From: Candidatus Omnitrophota bacterium
GTDB lineage: Bacteria; Omnitrophota; Gorgyraeia; Gygaellales; Profunditerraquicolaceae
Direction of reading: 5' to 3'
DNA length: 51,745 nucleotides
Assembly: GCA_028717245.1 (NCBI GenBank)
Contig: JAQUOD010000006.1
Coordinates: forward strand, 1-51,745
Positions 17,898 through 26,434 of this stretch are shown here, in pieces (positions within the stretch are counted from its first letter, which is position 1; each line of letters begins with the position of its first letter). The notes under the pieces are model-generated. The model worked only from the letters and a program-made list of their open reading frames with translations. It searched no databases and was not told the DNA's origin. The position numbers and the translations under genes are program-made.

Positions 17898-18510
17898 CTA
17901 TCTTATCGGGTCAATACCTACGGCTTATATATTCGGCCGTCTCTTAAAGGGTATAGATATCCGCCAGTTTGGTTCAGGCAATGTCGGCGCCACGAATGCC
18001 TTAAGGGTTTTAGGCAAGGCCCCGGGGATAACCGTATTAGCCCTGGATGTCCTGAAAGGATTCGTGGCAGTAGTTTTTTTAGGTAACATCATTCTACTAA
18101 AAGCAGGGGCCATTCCGGATACGGCAACACGCATCCTTCTGGGATTGAGTTGTATCTGTGGGCATAATTGGACAGTTTTTTTAAGATTTAAAGGCGGCAA
18201 GGGTATGGCTACGACCCTGGGCGTATTATTAGGCCTCGCCTTTAAAGTAGCGGGTTTAAAATTAATATTCGTTTTATTGGTCCTTACCTGGCTCGTAGTA
18301 TTTATTATGGCCAGGATAGTTTCTCTATCCTCAATTTTTACGGCTATCGGCCTGCCGGTATATATGCTTTTATTTGGCCCCAAAGAATCCGCCATTCTGG
18401 TTGCCGCCAGTATCCTCCTTTGTATATTCATTCTCCTGCGGCATAAAAATAACCTCAAAAGATTATTCCAGGGTAAAGAACCCCGCCTGAGTTTTCGAAA
18501 ATCCGCTTAA
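17866..18510 (+). CDS. plsY: Glycerol-3-phosphate acyltransferase PlsY
   Basis: YLIGSIPTAYIFGR, GSGNVGATNALRVLG and HNWTVFLRFKGGKGMAT. Confidence 0.92.
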   Translation: MLWIIPGILVSYLIGSIPTAYIFGRLLKGIDIRQFGSGNVGATNALRVLGKAPGITVLALDVLKGFVAVVFLGNIILLKAGAIPDTATRILLGLSCICGHNWTVFLRFKGGKGMATTLGVLLGLAFKVAGLKLIFVLLVLTWLVVFIMARIVSLSSIFTAIGLPVYMLLFGPKESAILVAASILLCIFILLRHKNNLKRLFQGKEPRLSFRKSA

Positions 18511-18551
18511 AAGTTACCAAGAAAACGCTTTCCTAAAATCCTTTTATAGCC

Positions 18552-18581
18552 TTGAAAACAAGTAAGTTAGAGTGTTATACT
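18552..18581 (+). promoter_or_regulatory. Sigma70-type promoter for the long leader of the PilZ operon
   Basis: TTGAAA (18552-18557), 18-nt spacer, TGn-TATACT (18573-18581). Confidence 0.5.
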
Positions 18582-18587
18582 TTACGT

Positions 18588-18857
18588 AGTATAGAGGTGA
18601 AATTTATTTTTTTGAGCTCTTTCTGAAAAATTTATCAAAGTATTAATAACGGCCTTTTCCCGATAAGGGCTCTCTTATAGAAATATAGGAGGGCAAAGCC
18701 CATAGGATCCCCACCAGCCCTGCCTGCCGATAGGCAGGCACGAAAGGAAGGCAAAGGGGATAGCCGGGTTGCCGAAAGAAATAGGAGGAATAAAAAACTT
18801 TATAGGCAGCCCGGCTTCTTATTATTGGATAAAATCAGGTATTTTAGGAGGTAGATA
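18588..18857 (+). promoter_or_regulatory. Roughly 270-nt structured 5' leader (L1); candidate riboswitch with c-di-GMP-I-like segments
   Basis: GGGCAAAGCCC (18690-18700), hairpin GCCTGCC-GATA-GGCAGGC (18722-18739), ACGAAAGG and AGCCGGGTTGCCGA (18762-18775). The last segment is also the 5' half of the terminator. Confidence 0.35.
18762..18826 (+). terminator. Intrinsic terminator inside leader L1
   Basis: AGCCGGGTTGCC (18762-18773) pairs with GGCAGCCCGGCT (18805-18816): 12 bp including one G-U. Followed by TCTTATTATT. Confidence 0.55.
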
Positions 18858-19193
18858 ATGCGCGACTTGGTTTTCAGGAATATCACTTCGCCGCAGAAAC
18901 AAAGAAGGATCCTGGCCAGTTCAGAGGTAGTAGATAAGGATGGCGTGCGCAACATTATCCACCGCCATTTTGTCTGTATTGTCAGAGAGATTAAGGATAA
19001 ACAAGTCGCTAAGCCTTCACCTTATATGTATGTTTTAAGAAAACGGGACAGTAAAGAACAAGAAGAGAAGTTTTTTTGCCGTGTAAAAGGGAGTTTATGC
19101 GCCGTAAATAACGGGAGGTTATTTCTTATTCTCTTTATGCATTCTTTAAGGATAAGCCTTGTTCCTGTGCCTCAAGGGGTCAGTGAAATATAA
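18858..19193 (+). CDS. Hypothetical protein (111 aa)
   Basis: Strong AGGAGG RBS 6 nt upstream. No motif that I recognise. First gene behind leader L1. Confidence 0.55.
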   Translation: MRDLVFRNITSPQKQRRILASSEVVDKDGVRNIIHRHFVCIVREIKDKQVAKPSPYMYVLRKRDSKEQEEKFFCRVKGSLCAVNNGRLFLILFMHSLRISLVPVPQGVSEI

Positions 19194-19227
19194 GCCATAA
19201 ATACGCTTAAAAGAAAGGGCGTAAGAT

Positions 19228-19581
19228 ATGCAGGAGCGCAGGGTATTCGCCAGGATCAAGATAAAAATTCCCTTAAAATTCCTCAAGTCCGGCAGCGATA
19301 CGGCAAAAGAGGCAGAAGCGGTAGATATCAGTGCCACTGGCATAGGTTTTATAACTAAAGAAAATATTGCGGTCAAGACACCTTTAGATATATGGATTAA
19401 TCTACCTGATCATCATGGGCCCATTCATCTTACGGGAAGGGTCGTTTGGTCTAAAGATTTAGGCGAGAACGGCCTAAAACGCGTAGGGATCCAGCTAGGG
19501 AAAGAAAAGCTTATGGAATTGGGCCGGGTTTGGTTGTTCCAGGAGACCCGCTCGCAGGCAAATAAACCTTCCATCCAGTAA
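19228..19581 (+). CDS. PilZ domain protein (c-di-GMP receptor family)
   Basis: N-terminal RRVFAR (RxxxR) followed by DISATGIGF (D/NxSxxG). Confidence 0.85.
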   Translation: MQERRVFARIKIKIPLKFLKSGSDTAKEAEAVDISATGIGFITKENIAVKTPLDIWINLPDHHGPIHLTGRVVWSKDLGENGLKRVGIQLGKEKLMELGRVWLFQETRSQANKPSIQ

Positions 19582-19600
19582 TTCCCGATAAGATTTAACC

Positions 19601-19629
19601 TTGACATAACTTAAATAATAGGGTATACT
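19601..19629 (+). promoter_or_regulatory. Consensus sigma70 promoter for element L2
   Basis: TTGACA (19601-19606), 17-nt spacer, TATACT (19624-19629). The 12-mer CCTTGACATAAC is shared with the tpsA promoter at 45762. Confidence 0.55.
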
Positions 19630-19635
19630 TATTTG

Positions 19636-19760
19636 TAAATTTTAGGTCCGGCATTGTCCGATAAGAAATATAAGCTAGGGAGGGGGTATCGGAACTGCCA
19701 CGGTAAATTTGAAAGCCGGATTGACGATAAAAGGGTCAGTCCGGCTTTTTCTATTTTTTT
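19636..19760 (+). ncRNA. Element L2: roughly 125-nt promoter-to-terminator unit, paralogous to L1 (sRNA or attenuator)
   Basis: Hairpin TCCGATA..TATCGGA. Terminator AGCCGGATTGAC (19714-19725) / GTCAGTCCGGCT (19735-19746) followed by a T-run. GGTCCGGC (19645-19652) can pair with the terminator 5' arm (antiterminator). Shares CCGATAAG and GAAATATA..GAGGG with L1. Confidence 0.45.
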
Positions 19761-19772
19761 AATAAATTAATA

Positions 19773-19800
19773 TTGTAATTTATGGTATTTGGTTTATAAT
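19773..19800 (+). promoter_or_regulatory. Promoter abutting the OMP gene ATG (leaderless-type)
   Basis: TTGTAA (19773-19778), 16-nt spacer, TATAAT (19795-19800). ATG at 19810. Confidence 0.45.
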
Positions 19801-19809
19801 TAATAAGGT

Positions 19810-22611
19810 ATGCATAACTTAGTGAAAAAAAATAGCATAGGGGTGTCTTTCTTCTGCGTATTATTCCTGTTTGTAAATACCGCGCCTGCCTTTTGCGCTA
19901 TGCGGACAGTAGAATACTTGTGCGAAACAGGGGTCAATTTTTATCGTAACGGCAGATACGACGAGGCCTTGCGGGAATTTAATAAGGCGTTAATAGTAGA
20001 CCCGAATAATGCGGTGGCCAAAAATTATATCACCGTTATCTTTCTTAAGGACAAGCCTATCCAGCCAGTTACAGGAGTTCCTTCTACCAGGCCGATAACT
20101 AAAAAAGTTATTGCTCCTGTTCATACAGAGGTTCCTCCTGCCGCGCCAAAATACAAACAGCCCAAACAAAGGTCAAATAGGGAAGAAATCATAAATCAGG
20201 CTTTGAATGTTTTTGATAAAAGAGAGGAGCCTAAAGAAAAAGCTGCTTCCGGGATGGAAATCGCGGGAGTAAAGATAACGGGTGAAGCACAGGCCCGGTT
20301 AGGAATAGCTCCGAAGGACACTTATTGGAAACGGGCGAACTGGGATTTGAATGAAAAGAATTGGCGTACAACTTCTAACGATGCCTTAAACAGGCGCGAA
20401 AATAGTTATGACCCAAGGATTTACGATAGATTAAGGGTCAACCTGGATACTGATAACGAGACAGGGCTGGGTTTTCATAGTAATATTACCGTTGACCCCT
20501 GGAGTTTTACCGGAAAGAGCGAAAAGGTGAATTTAAAGGGTTCCGGAGGGGATGTTGCGCAGGTAGAATTAAAATATTGGTCTAATACAGGCTATACCCT
20601 GAATCAAACTATCAGTACCTATGAAAACGGCGATTCTTTTAACCTGCCGGAAATAAAAGTAGTAGACGGCCACACCTCAACCCCGGTTTCCGTAAAATCT
20701 GCTTATAATAATATTTTTACTCTGCCGGAAACAAAAATTTCCCGTCAATTCCAGCCGGTACGCGAACTTATGTTTGATTATAAGCAGGATGGCTTAAAAT
20801 TGGTGGTGTATCCCATGGCCTATGAAAATCAGGCTTTGACTTTTGATGACCCTTTACGATTATCCAATAACCGTACCTGGTGGGAGGATAGCCCGTGGTT
20901 ACATGGTTGGCAACAGGGAATATACAATTTAGCCGCAATACCCGCTGATTTTACCAAGGGTTACTGGGATAATAGTTTGTCTTTTTCTACCAGAGACAGC
21001 GAAGGCCAGCGTTTAACTGCCCTACGCGGCTTTTCTTTGGAATTCAACCCTCTGGAAGAGACCTCTATAGCTACAAGCGTTGCCACTCCTAAGAACCTCT
21101 GGCAGGATTACGCAGAGGTTGATAATTTTCTTTCCGCTACCCGCATAAAACAGAATTTAACACAGGATTTAATGTTAGGCCTGACTGCTACCACGCGTAT
21201 GGGCTATAATACGGAAAATAGAGATAAAATTGACGCCAAGAATTACGTATTAGGGACAGACTTAGGGTATGAGATCATAGACGGCCTAAGGGCTACCGCG
21301 GAAATCGCGTATTCGCAGTCAGAATATGACCTGACTAATTCTGATTATGAGACCAAAGGGCGCGGCAATGCCTATAATGTTTCTGTTTTCGGAAGGTTTC
21401 CTTTTCAGACTGTTTCCGAAGCAAATTATAACTATGACAGCTTAAAGCCCGGAGAATACGATACTTCATTTAACAAATTCAAGTTTACCGCTTCCCGTAT
21501 GGATGAGTCTTTTGATCAGCCCCTTTCTTCTTATGTAGAAACGCGCGACGATGAGTTCTGGTCCAGGCATCTGCATTTTCGCACGCCTTTTAAATATTAT
21601 TATCAGGGTGAAGGCCAGTTATTAAGCTGGGACGATATCAAATCTTTCAGGATAGGAAACGGCATTGATATCGGCCGCAACGTATTGTCGCTACGCGTAG
21701 AATCTTCGCTATGGGATAAAACCATAGATAACCTTTTTGATGTGCGCAATGTCCACGGGACTAACGGTAAATTCATAGAAAACGTAAGCCGCGAAGAATT
21801 CGCCTGGAATATGAACGAGCGGTTGACCACTAAACTCCTGGGGATATACCATCGCCTGCCGAAGACAAAGGCAGGGACTGACCCCTTTATTTTTGACCCG
21901 CGCTCAAGGCGCTATGTTGATAACGACCAGATAGAAGGCAATAAAGATCCTTCAATAGCAACCGGTTCTTTAGGCGCGGAATATAAGTTTTTTGATTGGC
22001 TCGCTTTAAACGGCGTATGGGAATACACCAATGATATTACGCTGGGTTATGATAATTTTCCTCGGGGGGTATTATTAAATGACACTACACGTAATTATAC
22101 CTATTACGAGAATAATAATAAATACCGAGATATCAGGCAATTCCTTTATAGCCAGAATTATTTTCCTAAGCCGCCTTATCCCTATTATAATATATTTAAA
22201 ACCGGCTTAAGGTTTAACCCTGCAGAAAAAATAGAGATTTATCTGGATTATACGCGTAACCCTTATGAAAAAGCCGGCCAGGTTGATGATAATATGAACC
22301 ACATGGGTTTTCAGATCGGGTATCTGCCGACCGAGAAGTTAAGCCTCTTTTTTAAGTACAGCTATTCCCGCTGGCAGGATTTGGATAAACTGACTAAGGG
22401 TATTACCAAAGTATTCGGCCACCATAATTTCTTTACTGAATTGATCTACCGTAAATCCGACAGTGAAGATTTTACCTTCCAATACGGCGAGGCCAGCCGC
22501 GACCCCTATATGGGCGGAGTGCTTGATATAGGCTGGGATCCTTATGGCGGAAGCCTTAGGACAATAGATACCCAGCATATCGTCCGCTTATATTACCGCA
22601 GGAAATTCTAA
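19810..22611 (+). CDS. Outer-membrane protein: signal peptide + TPR + Pro-rich linker + large beta-rich domain
   Basis: 933 aa. Signal peptide ending AFCA. TPR-like GRYDEALREFNKALIVDPNNAVAKNY. Alternating aromatic/polar beta-strand pattern. C-terminal YYRRKF with a terminal Phe, typical of OMP barrels. Confidence 0.6.
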   Translation: MHNLVKKNSIGVSFFCVLFLFVNTAPAFCAMRTVEYLCETGVNFYRNGRYDEALREFNKALIVDPNNAVAKNYITVIFLKDKPIQPVTGVPSTRPITKKVIAPVHTEVPPAAPKYKQPKQRSNREEIINQALNVFDKREEPKEKAASGMEIAGVKITGEAQARLGIAPKDTYWKRANWDLNEKNWRTTSNDALNRRENSYDPRIYDRLRVNLDTDNETGLGFHSNITVDPWSFTGKSEKVNLKGSGGDVAQVELKYWSNTGYTLNQTISTYENGDSFNLPEIKVVDGHTSTPVSVKSAYNNIFTLPETKISRQFQPVRELMFDYKQDGLKLVVYPMAYENQALTFDDPLRLSNNRTWWEDSPWLHGWQQGIYNLAAIPADFTKGYWDNSLSFSTRDSEGQRLTALRGFSLEFNPLEETSIATSVATPKNLWQDYAEVDNFLSATRIKQNLTQDLMLGLTATTRMGYNTENRDKIDAKNYVLGTDLGYEIIDGLRATAEIAYSQSEYDLTNSDYETKGRGNAYNVSVFGRFPFQTVSEANYNYDSLKPGEYDTSFNKFKFTASRMDESFDQPLSSYVETRDDEFWSRHLHFRTPFKYYYQGEGQLLSWDDIKSFRIGNGIDIGRNVLSLRVESSLWDKTIDNLFDVRNVHGTNGKFIENVSREEFAWNMNERLTTKLLGIYHRLPKTKAGTDPFIFDPRSRRYVDNDQIEGNKDPSIATGSLGAEYKFFDWLALNGVWEYTNDITLGYDNFPRGVLLNDTTRNYTYYENNNKYRDIRQFLYSQNYFPKPPYPYYNIFKTGLRFNPAEKIEIYLDYTRNPYEKAGQVDDNMNHMGFQIGYLPTEKLSLFFKYSYSRWQDLDKLTKGITKVFGHHNFFTELIYRKSDSEDFTFQYGEASRDPYMGGVLDIGWDPYGGSLRTIDTQHIVRLYYRRKF

Positions 22612-22664
22612 GTGAGTGCACAATTTACGGAAACGACAATGACGTAAATTGTCTGCACGAACTT

Positions 22665-22710
22665 ACCCTTGACATTTTCAAGAGAAATAAAATATAAAAA
22701 TGTCAAGGGT
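22665..22710. terminator. Bidirectional hairpin between convergent genes
   Basis: ACCCTTGACATTTT (22665-22678) pairs with AAAATGTCAAGGGT (22697-22710), 14 bp. It is flanked by two further hairpins (ACAATTTACG..CGTAAATTGT and CACAATAACTTAC..GTAAGTTATGTG). Confidence 0.6.
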
Positions 22711-22760
22711 TCAATTCGCACAATAACTTACTCACACTATCGTGTTCGTAAGTTATGTGC

Positions 22761-25700
22761 TCATTGAAGGTATATATCGATTTGTTTTATTTGTCCGGCC
22801 CTTACTTGTTGGGCATAGGGTGAGGGAATAGTACCTTGGGGAATTTCAACGGAATTGCCATCTTTATCGTTAAAGATAATCCTTTGTATTTGCGCCGCAT
22901 CTTTACCGAAGGTATTTTTTCTTTTAGGGTTATGATAGATAACCCTGACCTTACTTAAGAAATTAAAAGCATAACTCTTATTTTTTGCGTTAAAGAGCCA
23001 ACACGCCAATATTGGCTTAAACTGTAGATTGAGTTCGCCCTTGTCATTCAGGATAAAGGGTTCTAGACCCGTGTTCATCACCAGCCAGAGCTGTAAAAAT
23101 TCTGCCGTAGAACCGGAGAGCCGTGCGACAAAACCGTTCCCATGCAGGTTTTTATCCGGGAAGGCGCTGCTGACCAAAAACGAGGAATTCTCCAGGATGC
23201 TGCGGCCATACCTTTCGGGCCTCTGGAAGGGGATAAGCACGTTCTTAAAATCCGCATAAAATTCTTCATAGAGCCCGCTCTTTAAAATCTCCAGCATATA
23301 TTTATATTCCATATGCAGCCATATTGACTCATGCTCCAGCCACCCCGGAGTAAATACGCGGCACCTGCCGATCTCCTCGGGCATGCTTTTTAAAGAAACT
23401 GTGGACTTATACATCTTCAGTTTTTTATCGTAAAGGCTGCTCTTCTTGATGGCCCTATACAATACCCGCGCTTTGTTTACGTTATCGGTTAATTTTAAGG
23501 CATGCACCTGCGCTTCCAGGAAGAAGGGCAGTTTTATCTGCGCAAATCTTGTCGGCTTCGCAAAGGATGCGCCCTGCGGTATCCATTCCTTAGGCTCGTT
23601 TATGAAATAAGCGTAATAAATATTCTTTTTCTTATCATATGCCTTTTCGATTCCCGAGCCTATTTTTTTTAATGCATTATTTAAGATAGTAATCAGCTGT
23701 TCAACGGCAGCTTCTACTTCGCCTCCGCTGAAACCCATGCGCGTTTTCTGGCGGTAATCTTCTTTCAAGGCATAACTCTTATCCCAGTATTTGTAATTTT
23801 TTTCGTCAGAATCAACGCTGGTATTTTCCTGAATTAATTTCCCCAGGTTAATCAAAAAGGCGTATATTTCTTCGGTGACGTAGATTTTTTCTATGGCGCA
23901 TTTTTCTATCGCCTCTTTTATCAGGATGACCAGCCTTTTTAATTCCAGGGTCTCATTTAATGAAGAGCCGAATAATCCGGGCAGGCCATTGAGCGCGTCA
24001 AACCAGTTAGGTTTATTCGCTTCCATCTCGATGCCGCAGCCAAAAGGGTCAAGAGATGCCAGTTTATTAACCAATAGGCAAAAAAGTTTATTGATGAGAG
24101 TCGTTTGATAGATTGAACCTTGGCCGTATTGTGTCCTCACCAGATGTTGCTGCAATGGGCGTTTTTTAATCATCTCTCTTTTGGCATTACAGGGTGAAAC
24201 CGAATGCAATTGCCTTATTTTGCCGTCTTTAAGCAGGTACTTTTCCTGTCGCGGCTTAACCGTTTCGGTGTTATCGTAAAAGGTAAAGGCCTTTTTCTCA
24301 AAGATTATTTCTTTTAATTTTTCCGGATAAACAGCCAGATAATTTTCCAAGAGGTCCAGGTTATAAGTCCAGTGGTCTGTCCAGAAACCTTCGCCGTGCT
24401 CAGCCTCCTGGTTCTTCAGGGAATGCGAAAGCAGCACGTTCAGGAATTCATCGTACGATGGCTTTTCCGCCGCATCAGCCACAGGCTGGTCTGCCTTCGC
24501 CAGAGGCGGATCTGCCTTCGGCAGAAGTTTAATTTTGTTTTCTTTAATAAAAAGGATAACATCTCCCGGAGTGAAAGGTTTGCTTAAAAAGGAAATAAGG
24601 CCAGGGATATCTTCGGTTGCCATAAAAGCGTTTAATACTGTTTTGAGTTTTTCCCTGTCCTTAAGCGTAAAGCTTATCCCTTTGACTACCAGCGGATTGA
24701 AGCCGTCGGCCTGGATAAGGTTAAAGAAGTTAATTACATTCTCATCTTTAATCTCGGGGTTAAACCAGGTATCGCACCTGCGGTTTTGGTTTATATCGCG
24801 GTAATTGCCGTTACCTTGGGAAAAATATGCCGCCTGGATGTGGAATTTATTGTAATCCCTTTCTAAGTCGCCGTGTTTACGGCCATAGAGATAGAATACG
24901 GATTCCGAGGCGCCGGACTCAAAGATGACGGGATAGCCGCCGCGCATGATATTATCCAGATAGGTCTGCCGGGCATAAAGGTTGAATTCATCACAGCTGC
25001 TTAGGGTAGTAATCTCAGATTCTAAATCCTCGATAATCTTTCTGTTTTCTTCTTTTTTAGCCAAGAGGTACTCCGGTTTGATGATCCGCGGGACCGAGGA
25101 ATTCAATATCTCTCTGCTACGCATATAACCGATGAGGGAGTAAAACTTTTTTTCGCTGTTTTTTCCGAGCTTGAAATTCAAGAGGCTCATGGCGCAGGGG
25201 GTTTTATTTTTAGTGAGGTTATTGCGCGGGAGAGTGAAATTCTTACGGGTGAGAAATTCGCGGGGACAGGAGAAGTCGGTGACCGGCCCGAATACGGATT
25301 GCGGATCAACTATGGGTTTGATGATTTTTGGCCTGTTTCCTTCATAATGAAACGCCAGATAAAAATTGCCTTCTTCTATATGGATTACTTCCGGCCTGTC
25401 AGCAGGGTCAATGTCAAGTTTATAGAAGGGCACGCCCTTATCCAGGTTTTCTATATTCATCCAGGCTTCAATAGTGCGGCTTAGTTTCTTCAAAAATAGA
25501 TTACTTACGCCGTAAGGAATGATTTGCGGCAGGCCGTCTATAAGCTGGATATCCTTAAGTTTTGATTTTGTGTTTTTGACAGTGACTGTTCTGCTTAGGG
25601 CGGCATAAGAATCTTGAGGGATGGTGAAATATTCTACTGTGACCTTAAGGCCCAGAGATAAGTTTTCTTCCTCCAGGGTTAAGCCAGAAGAGGTGATGCG

Positions 25701-26063
25701 CATGCGGTTAGTGAGGGAGAAACCTGAATTAGTAAAACCGTTATGGAAGGGTTCGTAGAGTGTAAATTTTTTACCCGTGTATATTTTTATGAAGGTACGG
25801 AATCCCTGCAGAGGCACTAACTGCCAGGCCTTATTCGCCGGGAAGAATTCTAATATCGCATGGTCCTTGTCCTTAGTGCCGAAACTGGCTATCCCTTGCC
25901 CGCGGTTGACATAGAAGACCCACATGGGTATGCCGTATTTACCGGCAATGCCGGGGAAGAAGTTGGCAAAGGGTTTGGCAAAGTTATAATTCTCAATAAC
26001 GAATTCCTTGCCTTTGGGGTTGAGGTAATACTTCGGTTGTTTGTTCCGGAAACAGCTAGCCAT
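22761..26063 (-). CDS. Large uncharacterised protein with GH94-like (alpha/alpha)6 glycoside phosphorylase/hydrolase motifs
   Basis: 1100 aa. YRDINQNRRCD (compare RDxxQD), NKPNWFDALNGLPG (compare DWNDALN, which holds the catalytic Asp) and RLSGSTAEFLQLW (compare SGSASW). AAAGGAG RBS. Confidence 0.45.
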   Translation of the reverse strand: MASCFRNKQPKYYLNPKGKEFVIENYNFAKPFANFFPGIAGKYGIPMWVFYVNRGQGIASFGTKDKDHAILEFFPANKAWQLVPLQGFRTFIKIYTGKKFTLYEPFHNGFTNSGFSLTNRMRITSSGLTLEEENLSLGLKVTVEYFTIPQDSYAALSRTVTVKNTKSKLKDIQLIDGLPQIIPYGVSNLFLKKLSRTIEAWMNIENLDKGVPFYKLDIDPADRPEVIHIEEGNFYLAFHYEGNRPKIIKPIVDPQSVFGPVTDFSCPREFLTRKNFTLPRNNLTKNKTPCAMSLLNFKLGKNSEKKFYSLIGYMRSREILNSSVPRIIKPEYLLAKKEENRKIIEDLESEITTLSSCDEFNLYARQTYLDNIMRGGYPVIFESGASESVFYLYGRKHGDLERDYNKFHIQAAYFSQGNGNYRDINQNRRCDTWFNPEIKDENVINFFNLIQADGFNPLVVKGISFTLKDREKLKTVLNAFMATEDIPGLISFLSKPFTPGDVILFIKENKIKLLPKADPPLAKADQPVADAAEKPSYDEFLNVLLSHSLKNQEAEHGEGFWTDHWTYNLDLLENYLAVYPEKLKEIIFEKKAFTFYDNTETVKPRQEKYLLKDGKIRQLHSVSPCNAKREMIKKRPLQQHLVRTQYGQGSIYQTTLINKLFCLLVNKLASLDPFGCGIEMEANKPNWFDALNGLPGLFGSSLNETLELKRLVILIKEAIEKCAIEKIYVTEEIYAFLINLGKLIQENTSVDSDEKNYKYWDKSYALKEDYRQKTRMGFSGGEVEAAVEQLITILNNALKKIGSGIEKAYDKKKNIYYAYFINEPKEWIPQGASFAKPTRFAQIKLPFFLEAQVHALKLTDNVNKARVLYRAIKKSSLYDKKLKMYKSTVSLKSMPEEIGRCRVFTPGWLEHESIWLHMEYKYMLEILKSGLYEEFYADFKNVLIPFQRPERYGRSILENSSFLVSSAFPDKNLHGNGFVARLSGSTAEFLQLWLVMNTGLEPFILNDKGELNLQFKPILACWLFNAKNKSYAFNFLSKVRVIYHNPKRKNTFGKDAAQIQRIIFNDKDGNSVEIPQGTIPSPYAQQVRAGQIKQIDIYLQ

Positions 26064-26090
26064 AGATACTCCTTTTATATTATCTAAGAT

Positions 26091-26118
26091 ATTCTACATA
26101 TTTTCCTGCATTTGTCCA
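26091..26118 (-). promoter_or_regulatory. Candidate promoter of the 1100-aa gene
   Basis: On the minus strand: TGGACA, 16-nt spacer, TAGAAT. Confidence 0.35.
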
Positions 26119-26141
26119 CAGAATTTTATTTTCTTTTCCAA

Positions 26142-26313
26142 GGTAGTGGGTCCTGTCAAGGCTATTTTCTCACAGCACCGCTCGAAATTCCCCACCGAGG
26201 AATTTCTCGCTTGAAGTTTTTGCTCGCTCTCACTGACTTCGTATTAGCCGGTGAACCCTGGCCGCTCGCATAAACTACATGCTGTTCGAAAACAGCCTTG
26301 CCACCACTAGACC
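26142..26313 (+). ncRNA. Candidate structured RNA / structured repeat, full-length copy B
   Basis: Closing stems TAGTGG/CCACTA, AAGGCT/AGCCTT, TTTTC/GAAAA and ACAGCA/TGCTGT. Internal hairpin GAAATTCC-CCACCGA-GGAATTTC (26184-26206). Homologous to 5149-5314 on the minus strand. Confidence 0.45.
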
Positions 26314-26366
26314 ATAGTATCGACAATATCGAATCGAAAAGGGAGAGTAATTTTATTTATGATGTT

Positions 26367-26434
26367 CAGCGGGTGACGCGGGGGATGCCTCGAGGAAAAT
26401 TTGACGAGAGGCGCCCCCGCGGCAGGACCCGCTG
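26367..26434 (-). repeat. Mini-hairpin of the structured repeat family, copy B
   Basis: CAGCGGGT..GCGGGGG..GCCTC / GAGGC..CCCCCGC..ACCCGCTG. The architecture and closing sequence match the 5023-5094 hairpin in the opposite orientation. Confidence 0.6.
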
